The translations under genes were made by a program, and so were the position numbers. A stretch of 64,000 nucleotides of DNA from NCBI GenBank assembly GCA_022508985.1, contig JAFLUA010000010.1:7476-71475 (forward strand). Direction: 5' to 3'. How positions within the stretch are numbered: the stretch's first letter is position 1; every line of letters starts with the position of its first letter. This document shows positions 26,045-37,999 of this stretch, one piece after another. The notes beneath the pieces are model-generated. The model did no database searches. It worked only from the letters and a program-made list of their open reading frames with translations, and was not told the origin of the DNA. Origin of the DNA: Muribaculaceae bacterium. Lineage in GTDB: Bacteria > Bacteroidota > Bacteroidia > Bacteroidales > Muribaculaceae.

Positions 26045-27379
26045 ATGGATATTATTAACGTAGAAACCACGGGGGTGCTCGGCTTCGTTGATCAAGCTTC
26101 GATCGATGCCTTGAAAGACGTAGGCAACAAAGCACTCCGTAAGTTAATAGATGGCACCGGAGTCGGAAATGATTATATCGGCTGGGTGAACCTGCCACAA
26201 CATATTTCAGGTGAGCTCCTCGACGACATTTCAGCAACAGCAGCTCAGCTCCGTTCGAGATGTGAAGTCGTTGTAGCTATAGGTATCGGTGGCTCCTATC
26301 TTGGTGCCAAAGCTATAATCGAAGCCCTTTCAAATACTTTTTCGGCATACACTAATAATGCCAATACAAAAGTTCTTTTTGCCGGGCAGAATATAGGCGA
26401 AGATTATCTTTACGAACTTCAAGATTTTTTACGCGATAAGCAATTTGGCATTATCGTAATTTCAAAATCGGGAACGACTACCGAACCGGCCATCGCCTTC
26501 CGTTTATTGAAAGAGCAATTAGAGCAACAAGTAGGTGTCGACGAAGCTCGTAAAAGAATTGTCGCAATCACCGATGCTAAAAAGGGTGCTCTACGCTCTC
26601 TAACGGTCACCGAGGGCTATAAATCGTTTGTTATCGCAGATAACATTGGAGGCCGTTTCTCTGTATTGACTCCGGTTGGCCTTCTACCTATTGCCGTGGC
26701 GGGCTTCGATATCCATGCATTGATAAAAGGCGCTGCCGATATGGCAAAATTATCGTTAAGCGGCCAGAACGATTGCGCCATGACCTACGCTCTTACACGT
26801 AACACCCTATACCGTAGCGGCAAGAAAATTGAAATTCTTGTCAACTACAACCCCAAGCTTCATTCTGTAGGTGAATGGTGGAAACAATTATACGGCGAAA
26901 GCGAAGGAAAAGACGGCAAAGGCATCTTCCCGGCGTCGGTCGACAATACCACCGATTTACATTCCATGGGCCAATGGATTCAAGATGGCGAACGCACTGT
27001 GTTCGAAACTGTGATCTCGGTAGCGGCTCCGGAAAACGAACTTCGCATCCCAACCGACAAAGAAAACCTCGACGGCCTAAATTATCTTGCCGGAAAACGT
27101 GTTGACGAAGTTAACAAAATGGCCGAATTAGGCACTCGCATCGCTCATATCGACGGCGGTGTGCCCAACATTAAGATTTCTCTACCCTGCATCTCTCCAT
27201 ATTACCTCGGGCAACTCATTTACTTTTTCGAGGTTGCCTGTGGCATTAGTGGCTACATTCTCGGCGTTAACCCATTTAATCAGCCGGGGGTGGAAGGTTA
27301 TAAGCGTAATATGTTTGCGCTTCTTGAGAAACCCGGATATGAAAAAGAAAGTAATGCAATAAAAGCCAAGCTCAAGTAA
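26045..27379 (+). CDS. pgi: Glucose-6-phosphate isomerase
   Basis: ORF 25997.. trimmed to ATG 26045 ([10 protein letters not shown]..). Motifs GIGGSYLG and [19 protein letters not shown] box lies about 25 nt upstream. Confidence 0.9.
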   Translation: MDIINVETTGVLGFVDQASIDALKDVGNKALRKLIDGTGVGNDYIGWVNLPQHISGELLDDISATAAQLRSRCEVVVAIGIGGSYLGAKAIIEALSNTFSAYTNNANTKVLFAGQNIGEDYLYELQDFLRDKQFGIIVISKSGTTTEPAIAFRLLKEQLEQQVGVDEARKRIVAITDAKKGALRSLTVTEGYKSFVIADNIGGRFSVLTPVGLLPIAVAGFDIHALIKGAADMAKLSLSGQNDCAMTYALTRNTLYRSGKKIEILVNYNPKLHSVGEWWKQLYGESEGKDGKGIFPASVDNTTDLHSMGQWIQDGERTVFETVISVAAPENELRIPTDKENLDGLNYLAGKRVDEVNKMAELGTRIAHIDGGVPNIKISLPCISPYYLGQLIYFFEVACGISGYILGVNPFNQPGVEGYKRNMFALLEKPGYEKESNAIKAKLK

Positions 27380-28245
27380 TGACGATTTCTGATGCCATAA
27401 AAGCTACAGTCGGCCAACCGGGACCTATTGGCGTATTCGATAGCGGCTACGGTGGGCTAACTATATTGCGGTCGCTCAAGCAGGCCTTGCCCGATGCCGA
27501 TTTCATATATTTAGGCGATAATGCCAGGGCCCCTTATGGCAATAGATCTTTCGACCTTATTTATCACTTCACCCTCGAGGCTGTCCGCTACCTCTTTGCC
27601 AAAGGTTGTCAGCTCATTATTATTGCGTGTAACACCGCTTCAGCTAAAGCTTTGCGTACTATTCAGCAACGCGATCTACCCTTACTCGATGCCTCTCGAC
27701 GCGTTTTAGGCGTAATTCGTCCCACCGCAGAAATTGTAGGCGAGCTTAGCAAAACAGGTGCCATAGGACTCGTTGGCACGCCCGGCACTGTAGCATCTAA
27801 ATCGTATGATATCGAGATAGAAAAGCTGCATCCCGATTTGCGTTTATACTCCAAGGCTTGCCCTATGTGGGTACCCTTAGTCGAAAATATGGAATCGGAT
27901 AGCGAGGGCGCCGATTACTTCGTCAAACGTGATTTGAACGATCTGTTCAGTAAAGCCAACGATATCGACACCCTTATCTTAGGCTGTACGCACTACCCTC
28001 TCCTTATCGAAAAAATACGGAAATATTCACCGGCCGGAATAAACATTTTGCCCCAGGGCGATATTGTGTCGTCTTCTTTGACCGATTATCTGAAACGTCA
28101 TCCCGAAATCGACACGAGAATAACGCGTGGCGCTGTTACTGATTACATAACAACCGAAGAGCCCGACAAATTCTCCACTTTGGCAGCCGTTTTTATGGGT
28201 GCGCCCATAAAGGCTTGTCGCGTGCACTCTCTAACCGACCTATAA
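27379..28245 (+). CDS. murI: Glutamate racemase
   Basis: FDSGYGGLT, IACNTAS and GCTHYP motifs. Confidence 0.9.
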   Translation: MTISDAIKATVGQPGPIGVFDSGYGGLTILRSLKQALPDADFIYLGDNARAPYGNRSFDLIYHFTLEAVRYLFAKGCQLIIIACNTASAKALRTIQQRDLPLLDASRRVLGVIRPTAEIVGELSKTGAIGLVGTPGTVASKSYDIEIEKLHPDLRLYSKACPMWVPLVENMESDSEGADYFVKRDLNDLFSKANDIDTLILGCTHYPLLIEKIRKYSPAGINILPQGDIVSSSLTDYLKRHPEIDTRITRGAVTDYITTEEPDKFSTLAAVFMGAPIKACRVHSLTDL

Positions 28246-28378
28246 AAGCCCTCTCCCAACCCTCTTTAGGATTACATACATCACACAATTAAAAAAGGCC
28301 TCACACTATTGCGTAAGACCTTTTTAATCTTTTGATATATGCTCTAATTTAGAGCATACTACTGTTGTAATTGCTAAA

Positions 28379-28594
28379 TTATTCAGCAACAGCTGCTTCA
28401 ACAGCTTCAGCTACTTCAGCTACAACGCTATCAGCGCAGCAAGCAGCAGAGTCAGCTACTTCTTCAGCAGCTTCTTCAACAACAGCTTCTACTTCAGTTG
28501 CTTCAACTTCAGCTTCTGTAGCTTGTTCTTTGTTACCACAAGCGAAGAAAGACATGCTGAAAACAACAGCAAGCATTAAAACTAACTTTTTCAT
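28379..28594 (-). CDS. Small acidic Ala/Glu/Val-rich lipoprotein (71 aa)
   Basis: Signal peptide with lipobox (..SMSFFACGN) followed by low-complexity EAxVE repeats. The opposite strand is also open but has no signal. Confidence 0.5.
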   Translation of the reverse strand: MKKLVLMLAVVFSMSFFACGNKEQATEAEVEATEVEAVVEEAAEEVADSAACCADSVVAEVAEAVEAAVAE

Positions 28595-28780
28595 TTTTTT
28601 CGTTTTGATTTAGTGTAAAACAATTGTTTGCTTCAAAAACGCTACAAAGGTAGCGCAAATTTATTAATTGACAAAGAAATCAAGCAATTATTTTTCACAA
28701 ATAATATAGATATTTAGCACTCAAGCCTCACAACTAACGATACAACCCTATCAATCAACACTTTAGCACAGACGCAAAAC

Positions 28781-29575
28781 TTAATTTTTTGCGCCTGTCA
28801 ATATACAATGAACACTTCCTATCGGCAATTTTCCCTCCAATCTCAAAGGTATACGCGTATCATCGGCCGCAATCCACGCATCCATATCGTCCGACGATTT
28901 CTTTCCCCCTCGTGAGGTAAAGGTAAATGTAATATGATATGTTCGACGGCTCATTTCTCCAATCGTCACTTCTTCTATCCCCTTATAATTAATCGTCAAT
29001 CGTTCTTTTTGCTTACCGGAAAATATATCAAGCCCAACTTGGTGACCAGCTTTCCAGCTATCGTATGGCAGGCTTCTCATGTAGTAAAACGAAGCAAGAA
29101 TATCCACTACTGTATCGTCGGTCTCGAGGGTCTGTTGCTCATCGACTTTTTGCTCGCCCTTTTTCCATTCTTTTCGACTACATTGCGCCACCACAAGGCC
29201 ATTGTCGTAATGTGTATATCGCACCACATCGTGTTTCTGCTCCGAACCCTCATGCGCTATTTTTTCATAATACAAAGGAGCAAAACCGGGGTATGTCATA
29301 CGCCCGATTAGTGTATCGCGTACACAATATAACTTATCGGCCCATGGTGCCGATGCCGCTGTCACCGTTGCATGATAGCCCTCTGTTGTATGCGACAGCG
29401 TTATCGTTGCCGTTCCGGCTTGCTTGTTTATCAAGCCCCATTTATACATTACTTTATAATGCAATGTTTCCGGTTCCAGTCGATGCGAAATAAGCGTTTC
29501 GGCGGCCGACGCCTCATGGCTAACCGAGAAGCTCAACAACAATATCGCAACGATGCGTAGTATGCTACGAATCAT
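28781..29575 (-). CDS. DUF3108-family protein
   Basis: ORF 28781..29617 trimmed to ATG 29573-29575 (MIRSILRIVAILLL.. signal). HYKVMYKWGLINKQAGTATITL is typical of DUF3108. Confidence 0.7.
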   Translation of the reverse strand: MIRSILRIVAILLLSFSVSHEASAAETLISHRLEPETLHYKVMYKWGLINKQAGTATITLSHTTEGYHATVTAASAPWADKLYCVRDTLIGRMTYPGFAPLYYEKIAHEGSEQKHDVVRYTHYDNGLVVAQCSRKEWKKGEQKVDEQQTLETDDTVVDILASFYYMRSLPYDSWKAGHQVGLDIFSGKQKERLTINYKGIEEVTIGEMSRRTYHITFTFTSRGGKKSSDDMDAWIAADDTRIPLRLEGKLPIGSVHCILTGAKN

Positions 29576-29579
29576 AGAA

Positions 29580-30242
29580 TTATATAGTGTCGGGCAGATG
29601 TGCATTGCCTTCCTCATCGAATTCTAATGGCAAGATTGAGCGCTTTGATTGTTCTATCCGTTTGTTTCGCCAGCACTTACGGCACACTGCTATATATCGG
29701 TCGTTGCCGCCTATTTCTACCTGCTGCCCCTCTACGACAATATTCCCGGAGGCATCTATACGTGCATTTACTATCGTTTTATGACCGCAATTACACGTCG
29801 ATTTTATTTCGTCGATAGTATCTGCTATCTCAAATAATCGCCGCGACCCCTCAAACAGATTTGTCTTGAAGTCGGTGCGTAGGCCATAACAGATAACATT
29901 GCTGCCAAAGTCGTCTACCACACGCGATAGCTGGTCTACTTGCGCCGCAGTAAGAAATTGTGCCTCGTCTATTAAGAACCAGTCAACAAGGCGACCATCG
30001 CGCCGATATAACTCTGCGGCATATTCATATAGATTGGTGTTGTTATATATCCACTGGCACTCTCGCTCTATTCCTATCCGCGAGCGTATCACGTTGGCAT
30101 TCTCACGCGTATCAACTACCGGCTTCATGCATATATAATCCATGTGTCGCTCATCAAAATTATATGCCGTTGTCAACAACAAGGCCGTCTTTGCCGACCC
30201 CATTGTCCCGTAGCGGAAGTAAAGTTTCCCTTTTCTATACAT
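29580..30242 (-). CDS. tdk: Thymidine kinase
   Basis: P-loop GTMGSAKTALLL and C-terminal Zn ribbon CNCGHKT...CRKCW. E. coli-type Tdk. Confidence 0.9.
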   Translation of the reverse strand: MYRKGKLYFRYGTMGSAKTALLLTTAYNFDERHMDYICMKPVVDTRENANVIRSRIGIERECQWIYNNTNLYEYAAELYRRDGRLVDWFLIDEAQFLTAAQVDQLSRVVDDFGSNVICYGLRTDFKTNLFEGSRRLFEIADTIDEIKSTCNCGHKTIVNARIDASGNIVVEGQQVEIGGNDRYIAVCRKCWRNKRIEQSKRSILPLEFDEEGNAHLPDTI

Positions 30243-30389
30243 AATTAAAAACTCTATTTGTGCTTCAAAGTTAACAACAAATTTTTAATTATCTATTGCC
30301 GGTCTTTTCTAATTTTAATTAAAAAGTCAAAGACCGTACCCGAACGTTTCGCCCTTGACGGCCTTCGACTATTTTTTATTGCTGCACAA

Positions 30390-31085
30390 TTACTCCGATA
30401 GCATCTCTTCTATCAGTTCTTTAATATGAATCTGCATCGTATCGAGACATGGAACAGGACTGTTGGCATCGCTTAATATAAGTGGCAGCTCGGTGCACCC
30501 TAATATTATGGCATCAATGCCGTCGTCGGCTTTCATCCGCCCTACGATTTCGACAAACTTTTGCACGGTCGCCTCCCGCGTGATTCCATACTCAAGCTCA
30601 TCGTAAATCTTACTGTTGATATATGCCATTTCAACTTCGGTAGGCACCACTATGTCAATATCATTTCTCAAAAAGGCGCTTTTGAAAAAATCTTCCGTCA
30701 TAGTGAAAATAGTGCCGATCAACCCTAAATTCTTATAACCTCTTCGCTTTGCTTCCCTACACGTAGCCTCGACTATGCTTATTAAAGGCACGGGCGATTT
30801 TTTCAACACTTCATCGAAAACGATGTGCGATGTGTTGGCTGTCAGAGCCACTATATCGGCGCCAGCTTTTACGAGGTTATCAATAGCATCAAGGAAGTAT
30901 TCGCATAATTCGTCATACTTTCTATCGCGGCATAATTCAACCACATGAAACAAGTCGACACTCTCAATGGTCATATTCGGAAAATACGGCTTGCCCACCT
31001 TTTGTTGTACACCATGCACGATACCTTTATAATATGGTATCGTCGACTCCGGGCCCATGCCGCCTATCAGTCCTATCTTTTTCAT
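30390..31085 (-). CDS. Aspartate/glutamate racemase family protein
   Basis: GGMGPEST and LGCTELP motifs. Confidence 0.8.
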   Translation of the reverse strand: MKKIGLIGGMGPESTIPYYKGIVHGVQQKVGKPYFPNMTIESVDLFHVVELCRDRKYDELCEYFLDAIDNLVKAGADIVALTANTSHIVFDEVLKKSPVPLISIVEATCREAKRRGYKNLGLIGTIFTMTEDFFKSAFLRNDIDIVVPTEVEMAYINSKIYDELEYGITREATVQKFVEIVGRMKADDGIDAIILGCTELPLILSDANSPVPCLDTMQIHIKELIEEMLSE

Positions 31086-31260
31086 AAAGCCATCGTCTTT
31101 ATGCTACAAATTTAATTCTTTTTTTTTATTCACTATTTAACAATACCAATCTTATGAAGCAAAGGATTTAACCTTTCATCAAAATTTATTAATTTTGCAA
31201 ATATCACGATTAATAGATAGCGATATAAATTAATGAAACCATAAATCACACAAACCTAAT

Positions 31261-32694
31261 ATGATCTTAGACAACGACATAAAAACCAAAGATATGGCAA
31301 GGCCGGAAAACCCTGAAAGACAGGTGTTTGCCAAAACGATATGGGCTGCCGCAAAAATTCTTCGCAACTCATTGCTTGCCTTATGCCTCGTCGGCTCGGC
31401 AATACCGGCCGCCGCATTCTCAATTATAGACGGCCGCATCGACAACTCCGATGTTTACCCCGGCACTGTCCACTCCTTCAAAATATCGATACCCGACGCT
31501 TATAACCCCGCAGAGCCTGCTTGCCTTTATTTGGGCTTAGATGGTATTCTCTGCAAGGCTCCAGCCGTTATCGATAGCCTCATAACCTGTGGCGATATGC
31601 CCATGACGATAGGCGTCTATCTCAATCCCGGTGTGGTATATGGCGCTGATGGAACGACGCCGTTACGCTACAATCGAAGCAACGAATTCGATGCTACCGA
31701 CGGCCGTTTTGCCTCGTTTTTGGAGAACGAACTCATTCCGGCGGTTGAACAATTGTCGACACCCGACGGCCGTACGATAAAACTGAAAGCCGGGGGCGAG
31801 AACGCCGCAATATTTGGCTTGAGTAGCGGCGGCATAGCGGCTTTCAATGCTGCATGGCATCGTCCCGACCTCTTCGGACGCGTATTCTCGGGCTGCGGCA
31901 CCTTCGTGCCTATGCGTGGGGGCGACCAACTCGAAGCCTTAGTGCGAAAACACGAGCCAAAAGCTCTCAGGATTTTCTTGCAAGACGGTTTTTCCGACAC
32001 TTGGAATCCGATCTTCGGCAGCTGGTATGAACACAACAGACTCTTGGCGTCGGCATTGGAGTTCGCTGGTTATGATTGCGACTTCGATTGGGCTGAGGGC
32101 GGACATAGCGTCGTACGCTCCACACAGATTTTTGCCGATGTAATGCGCTGGCTATGGCGCGACTACCCGGCGCCGATTAAAGAAGGCGAGACTAAAAACA
32201 ATTTCCTTGGGCCTTTGCTAAAATCTCATTCGCAACAATGGGCTGTCAACTCAGGTAATTACGAACCGATAAGTAATGCCGGCGGCATTTTCAATGCCGA
32301 CACTACTCTATTTGTTACGCCCGAAACAAACACCAACTTCATGACCCAATATACTGTCGACTCGGCAACCAAGACTTTGGCTAACGGACAGCGATTCTAC
32401 TATCTGCATTCGTATAACAATTCTATGCTAACGGTAGCATCGCTAACATTCGATAGCCTCGGCAATCTATGGGCCTTGACAGAGACTGGAATACAGATTC
32501 TCGACCAAAACGGGCGCGTACGAGGTATCCTGTCACTGCCAAAAGGTATCGATTTATCGGATGGCAGCACATACCAACTCACCTTAGACGAAGGCCGCGT
32601 TTCTATCATAACAGCCAATGCCGCATATAGCCGCGATGTCAACGCTTCTCCGGCCGTATCAGGGCAAACACCGCCATCGCAAGGCGCCGCTTAA
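31261..32694 (+). CDS. Secreted esterase-family alpha/beta hydrolase with a C-terminal beta-propeller-like region
   Basis: Nucleophile elbow FGLSSGG and esterase-D/enterochelin-esterase-like context. The start may be the internal ATG at 31294. Confidence 0.65.
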   Translation: MILDNDIKTKDMARPENPERQVFAKTIWAAAKILRNSLLALCLVGSAIPAAAFSIIDGRIDNSDVYPGTVHSFKISIPDAYNPAEPACLYLGLDGILCKAPAVIDSLITCGDMPMTIGVYLNPGVVYGADGTTPLRYNRSNEFDATDGRFASFLENELIPAVEQLSTPDGRTIKLKAGGENAAIFGLSSGGIAAFNAAWHRPDLFGRVFSGCGTFVPMRGGDQLEALVRKHEPKALRIFLQDGFSDTWNPIFGSWYEHNRLLASALEFAGYDCDFDWAEGGHSVVRSTQIFADVMRWLWRDYPAPIKEGETKNNFLGPLLKSHSQQWAVNSGNYEPISNAGGIFNADTTLFVTPETNTNFMTQYTVDSATKTLANGQRFYYLHSYNNSMLTVASLTFDSLGNLWALTETGIQILDQNGRVRGILSLPKGIDLSDGSTYQLTLDEGRVSIITANAAYSRDVNASPAVSGQTPPSQGAA

Positions 32695-32746
32695 TCGGCA
32701 CTTGCAAAAATAGCTGTCGCACCGAGAGTTTTTTATCTTATATTTC

Positions 32747-35599
32747 TCAAAGTTTCAATTCCGCATGCAAAAAAGGAGCTGTGGGAGAGTCGGTTCTTGC
32801 CACCTCTTCCGGAGTGCCGCACGCAATTATTTCGCCGCCTCCACATCCGCCATCGGGCCCCATATCGACAAGATAATCGGCCAGTCGTATCACATCGAGA
32901 TTATGCTCAATGACCAAGACGGTGTTACCTCGGTCGACTAAGCGGTTGAGAATACCCATAAGTGTCCGAATATCATCGAAATGCAAGCCCGTAGTAGGCT
33001 CGTCGAGTATAAATAAGGTACTGCCCGTATCTCTTTTTGCAAGCTCGGTTGCTAATTTTACTCGTTGGTTTTCACCGCCCGAAAGTGTCGACGATGGCTG
33101 TCCCAACTTTATATATCCAAGCCCAATATCCTGTAACACCTTTATTTTCTTATAAATAGAGGGGATGCCGGCAAAGAATTCGACAGCTTGATTGATTGTC
33201 ATATCGAGCACATCGGCTATCGATTTGCCCTTATAGCGCACCTCAAGTGTCTCCCTGTTATACCTCTTGCCTCCACACTCCTCACATGGAATAAGAACGT
33301 CGGGCAAGAAATTCATTTCAATCGTCTTATAGCCATTGCCATTACATGCTTCGCAACGACCACCTACGACATTAAACGAAAATCGGCCTGACTTATAACC
33401 TCTAATTTTTGCTTCGGGAAGACCCACAAATAGATTTCGAATGTCGGTAAACACTCCTGTATATGTTGCCGGATTTGAGCGCGGTGTGCGGCCGAGTGGC
33501 GATTGGTCGACGGTAACAACCTTGTCGATATTCTCTATCCCTATTATCTCATTATAAGGCAATGGCTCTGTTTCAGAACGATAGAAATGCTGCGACAGTA
33601 TCGGTTGCAGAGTACCATTTACCAACGACGATTTGCCGCTGCCCGACACACCGGCTATAACAGTAAGAGTGCCAAGCGGTAGAGTAAAATCAATGTTTTT
33701 AAGGTTATGCCCCGAGGCGCCCTTTATGGTGATTGACTTTCCATTGCCCTCTCTACGTTTATCCGGAGGCGTAATGCGCTCTTTATCGGACAGATAGCGA
33801 GCCGTAACGGTGTCGGTCTTTAGCATCTGTTGCGGTGTGCCCTGGAATACTACCTTGCCACCTTTACGCCCTGCTCCGGGCCCTATATCGATAATATAAT
33901 CGGCACGAAGCATTATATCTTTATCGTGTTCGACCACGATAATAGTATTAGATGCGTCGCGCAACCTTTCAAGCGATGTTATTAATCGGTGATTATCTCT
34001 TTGATGCAAACCTATCGATGGTTCGTCGAGTATATATAAGACGTTTACGAGCTCCGACCCTATCTGCGTTGCCAGACGTATGCGCTGACTTTCGCCTCCC
34101 GATAAAGTAGCAGAATTTCGGTTAAGCTGTAAATATCCAAGGCCCACATCGACAAGGAAATGAAGGCGTGCCGATATTTCTTTTATAATCTCAGCGGTAA
34201 CCTTCCTATCGCGAGAGTCGAGCCTCTCCGACACCGTATCGGCCCATTCCGACAAGGCCGATATGTCGAGTCGGCATAGTTCTGCTATATTTTTCCCGTC
34301 GACAAAAAAATGCAAAGCCTCACGGTTGAGCCTATCGCCATTACACTCAGGACAGGTGCACCGCGAAAAAAATTGGCCGCTCCATTTACGCGCCTGATAT
34401 CCGGCATCTTCATCGGTTTGAGTTTCAATAAATTTGACTATACCATCAAACGAACGGAAAAAATCGAGAACCGATGCTGTTGAATCGGCAAGGACAGGCA
34501 CCGACGTTGTGCCGTTAAAAATCTCATCAACAGCTTCTTCCGACAGCTCTGAGAATGGAGTTTTAAGAGTATAGCCATGGCTCTCGAGAATAGCTCGTAT
34601 CTGCATAAATATCACATTGTCGCGATACTTCCCGAGCGGCAATAAAGCGCCCGAATATATCGAGACAGACTCGTCGGGCACTATTTTGGCCCTGTCGATA
34701 ATGTTTACATAACCCAAGCCTTTGCACCTACGGCAAGCTCCCTGCGGTGAATTAAACGAAAAATTATGTGGTGCCGGGTCGTGATACGAAATACCGGTTA
34801 CGGGGTCCATGAGTTCTTGGCTATAATAAGCCGACTCGTTGTCCTCAACATCGTATACCATCATTTCTTTATCGCCCTGTGATAGAGCTTTTTCCACCGA
34901 GGCAAGAAGGCGTTCTTGATCTTTATCCGAAACCTTAAGACGATCTATCACTAATTCGATGCTATGGTTTTTATAGCGATCGAGACGCATTCCCTGCTTT
35001 ATTTCCGATAATTCGCCATCGACTCTAACATTGAGAAAGCCTTTTCGGGTAAGTTGCTCGAATAATTCTTTATAATGGCCTTTCCTATTTTTTACCAATG
35101 GGGCCAATATATAAATTTTGCGTCCGGCGTATTTTTCAAGAATGAGTTCAACAATTTTCTCGTCGGTATATTTCACCATCTCACGTCCGGATATATAACT
35201 TCGGGCATGACCAATGCGAGCATAAAGCAAGCGTAAAAAATCGTACACCTCGGTGGTTGTGCCTATGGTGCTTCGCGGGTTGCGATTTACTGTCTTTTGT
35301 TCAATGGCAATCACCGGGCACAAGCCTGATATATTATCAACATCGGGGCGCTCAAGAGTGCCAAGCATATTGCGAGCATATGACGAGAACGTCTCGATAT
35401 AACGGCGCTGTCCTTCGGCAAAAATGGTGTCAAAAGCCAACGACGATTTACCCGACCCTGAAAGACCGGTTATAACCGTCAGATTATTGTGCGGAATTTC
35501 GACGTCGATATTTTTAAGGTTGTTGACACGCGCTCCGATAACAACAATTTTACCGGAGGTGCCATCATCGGCTACTGACGACAGATAATCTTCAGCCAT
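32747..35599 (-). CDS. uvrA: Excinuclease ABC subunit A
   Basis: ORF 32747..35677 trimmed to ATG 35597-35599 (MAEDYLSS..). Two ABC modules ([18 protein letters not shown]) and Zn-finger Cys clusters. Confidence 0.95.
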   Translation of the reverse strand: MAEDYLSSVADDGTSGKIVVIGARVNNLKNIDVEIPHNNLTVITGLSGSGKSSLAFDTIFAEGQRRYIETFSSYARNMLGTLERPDVDNISGLCPVIAIEQKTVNRNPRSTIGTTTEVYDFLRLLYARIGHARSYISGREMVKYTDEKIVELILEKYAGRKIYILAPLVKNRKGHYKELFEQLTRKGFLNVRVDGELSEIKQGMRLDRYKNHSIELVIDRLKVSDKDQERLLASVEKALSQGDKEMMVYDVEDNESAYYSQELMDPVTGISYHDPAPHNFSFNSPQGACRRCKGLGYVNIIDRAKIVPDESVSIYSGALLPLGKYRDNVIFMQIRAILESHGYTLKTPFSELSEEAVDEIFNGTTSVPVLADSTASVLDFFRSFDGIVKFIETQTDEDAGYQARKWSGQFFSRCTCPECNGDRLNREALHFFVDGKNIAELCRLDISALSEWADTVSERLDSRDRKVTAEIIKEISARLHFLVDVGLGYLQLNRNSATLSGGESQRIRLATQIGSELVNVLYILDEPSIGLHQRDNHRLITSLERLRDASNTIIVVEHDKDIMLRADYIIDIGPGAGRKGGKVVFQGTPQQMLKTDTVTARYLSDKERITPPDKRREGNGKSITIKGASGHNLKNIDFTLPLGTLTVIAGVSGSGKSSLVNGTLQPILSQHFYRSETEPLPYNEIIGIENIDKVVTVDQSPLGRTPRSNPATYTGVFTDIRNLFVGLPEAKIRGYKSGRFSFNVVGGRCEACNGNGYKTIEMNFLPDVLIPCEECGGKRYNRETLEVRYKGKSIADVLDMTINQAVEFFAGIPSIYKKIKVLQDIGLGYIKLGQPSSTLSGGENQRVKLATELAKRDTGSTLFILDEPTTGLHFDDIRTLMGILNRLVDRGNTVLVIEHNLDVIRLADYLVDMGPDGGCGGGEIIACGTPEEVARTDSPTAPFLHAELKL

Positions 35600-35609
35600 A
35601 TATTTTGTT

Positions 35610-36566
35610 TTATCTGACAGTCCAATTTTGATTATATGTTTTTGTTCCGGCTTTCTTACGCGAAAGGCTGTCGGCAACAGGAATCCTCACCTTATATGTT
35701 TTGCCGCTTTTATTAGTGAGCGAATTAGAGCGTATCCACATATTTTCTTCACGTAACTCGGAGTAGGTAATGCCTTGTTTTTTAGCCCAAGCGGCCCAAT
35801 CTTCAACAGCACCTTTAACTTCAACGACACGATATTTACGTGGCTGATAAAGCTGGTCGTCGCGTAGGCGAAATCCATATTTTGCCGGATTCTCCATCAT
35901 TATTTTCATCGCCATGACGCGATAAGGATAGCGTGTAGTCTCTTCGGTGAGATACAAGTCGAGCGATGTTTTTACTCCTTGAGTCGATAAGGCTTTTGCA
36001 ACTCTTGTAAGGCCGCCATTATACGCAGCCATAGCCGTCGACCAATCGCCATATTTGTTATATGCTTTTTTCAGAAACTTAGCCGCAGCCGCTGTCGCTT
36101 TCTCTATGTTATACCTTTCGTCTACTTCGTTATTAACTTCAAGGCCATACTCCTTAGCTGCTGACTCTATAAATTGCCAAAAGCCGGCGGCTTTAGCGGG
36201 AGAATAAGCGCGTGGATTAAGCGAAGACTCCACACAAGCAAGATAGAGCAAGTCGTCAGGCACACCATTTACCCTAAGTATCGGCGCCATTTCAGGAAAA
36301 TAACGGTTGGCCCGCTTGATAATGAGCATTGTAGTGCCATGTGTATATACTACCGAACTCAATTCGCGATCAAGCCGCTCGTACATATCAACGCGGTCGA
36401 AATCAATTTTATTTCCACAAAAAGTCATACTTGTCGGAATATCAGGCGAATACACCTCCGCAAATTGTTGTTGCGGACGCTGACAAGAAGCATCAATCGT
36501 AATTAACGAGGCCGCAAGAAAGACTATATGCGGCAATAATATACTGGTTTTCATATATTTATTCAA
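35610..36566 (-). CDS. Lytic transglycosylase (SLT domain, MltD-like)
   Basis: LACVESSLNPRAYSPAKAAGFWQF catalytic-Glu region and AYNGG motif. Confidence 0.8.
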   Translation of the reverse strand: MNKYMKTSILLPHIVFLAASLITIDASCQRPQQQFAEVYSPDIPTSMTFCGNKIDFDRVDMYERLDRELSSVVYTHGTTMLIIKRANRYFPEMAPILRVNGVPDDLLYLACVESSLNPRAYSPAKAAGFWQFIESAAKEYGLEVNNEVDERYNIEKATAAAAKFLKKAYNKYGDWSTAMAAYNGGLTRVAKALSTQGVKTSLDLYLTEETTRYPYRVMAMKIMMENPAKYGFRLRDDQLYQPRKYRVVEVKGAVEDWAAWAKKQGITYSELREENMWIRSNSLTNKSGKTYKVRIPVADSLSRKKAGTKTYNQNWTVR

Positions 36567-37893
36567 TATTTTCCGAGCCGGAAGTAGTCGAGCCCTCTTT
36601 ATATTTTATTATGTTTATGTCGCCCGACTTTTCATATTTAATGCCGTCGGCGCCCTCGGCCTTGATTACATAAAAATACACACCTGCCGGCACATATTTA
36701 CCGGCATATTTACCATCCCACCCTTCAGCCGAGTCTTTCGATGAAAACAATCTTGTACCCCAACGATTAAATATGTGGCACTCATAGGAAACCAGCGATC
36801 GATAACTTACCTTCCATTCATCATTAACTCCCGGAGATGCTTCGGGCGAAAAGGCATTTGGAATTGACAATCTCGATTCTCCTATAAACACTTCGTAAGT
36901 ATTTCCGACATACTCACAGTTACCATCGGCATTGTTGGCAACAAAACGAACATAAGTTGTGCCGTTTTCACGAAAAGTATAATCAAACGATAATTCGTTA
37001 AAGGTGTTTTCGTTGATTTCAAATTCGGCAGAACGTGATATCTGCCACTCAGTAAACACGGCTGCATCGGAAACGGCTGCTTCAAACGTAATTTCACATG
37101 GCGCGGAGCCACCGAGGCCATCGGCCGACCCATCTTTCTGTTCGTTGTCGTTATCGCGAGATATCTGAGTCGCTTTTGTTTGAACATCAACCGTGATAGG
37201 CGTTATTAAAGGCGACTCAATAGCTACCTCATTACCCCACGCTCTAAGAAATTTGTCGCCATGAAGTTTTACGGTAGTATTACACAATGGCGCCATAATA
37301 TGCAATTCCGAACCTATCGATTCGAAAGTTTCTTCAGCCGTTTGGGTGATATATGAAAACGAAGCTTCATCATATCGCAACGTCGTGTACTCGGCAATGA
37401 GTTCTCGTGACAACACCATGCGACGACCATTAATCGTGTAATAGGGTATTTCTTCAGCCTTGCCGCTAAACTTTAACTCATATCGACCGCACTCTTGCTC
37501 TTCGGAAGGCATCAGGCTACTCATTGAGAGATGATGCGCAGAATAGTCTATCACCCAGAAGCATAGGCGATGACTCCCCTCCTCTACGATATATCCCATA
37601 TCGGAATTCTGAGCTTGAACTATAGATTTGTCACCATCAACTGTCGACGTAATTTCTTCGGCATATGCACCGCCAAGATTACTGAAACGATACCACTTCA
37701 CGCTTGCCGTCGACGACTGTGCTGTGTATGAAATAGAAACGCCTTGCAATGAAGGCACAACAAAAACACCGGCATCCAAGCCTGTTGCCGCTTCCGCCTC
37801 AACATGTATTGCTGACGACGAAACGCCCTCAAAATCAATAGCTATTGCCCGTATCGATAAAACTAAAACAAGTATAAATGCTAATATTCTCAT
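36559..37893 (-). CDS. Protein with a T9SS type-B (gliding-motility CHU_C) C-terminal sorting domain
   Basis: C-terminus IPNAFSP..NDEWKV...IFNRWGTRLF...GWDGKY..GVYFYVIKA is typical of the type-B CTD. Confidence 0.75.
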   Translation of the reverse strand: MRILAFILVLVLSIRAIAIDFEGVSSSAIHVEAEAATGLDAGVFVVPSLQGVSISYTAQSSTASVKWYRFSNLGGAYAEEITSTVDGDKSIVQAQNSDMGYIVEEGSHRLCFWVIDYSAHHLSMSSLMPSEEQECGRYELKFSGKAEEIPYYTINGRRMVLSRELIAEYTTLRYDEASFSYITQTAEETFESIGSELHIMAPLCNTTVKLHGDKFLRAWGNEVAIESPLITPITVDVQTKATQISRDNDNEQKDGSADGLGGSAPCEITFEAAVSDAAVFTEWQISRSAEFEINENTFNELSFDYTFRENGTTYVRFVANNADGNCEYVGNTYEVFIGESRLSIPNAFSPEASPGVNDEWKVSYRSLVSYECHIFNRWGTRLFSSKDSAEGWDGKYAGKYVPAGVYFYVIKAEGADGIKYEKSGDINIIKYKEGSTTSGSENIE

Positions 37894-37999
37894 CTTACAT
37901 AATTGTGCAACATTAATTCTACAAAGTTACAAAAAAAATGCGAGATTTTTATCCCATGCATAAATTTTGTAACTTTGCATGGTAAACTACTGCAACAAA

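Noticed and set aside
28371-28613. Plus-strand 80-aa Ser/Ala/Thr-rich ORF.
   Set aside because: It is antisense to a low-complexity lipoprotein gene. It has no signal or sensible start context, and its openness is explained by the repeat composition.
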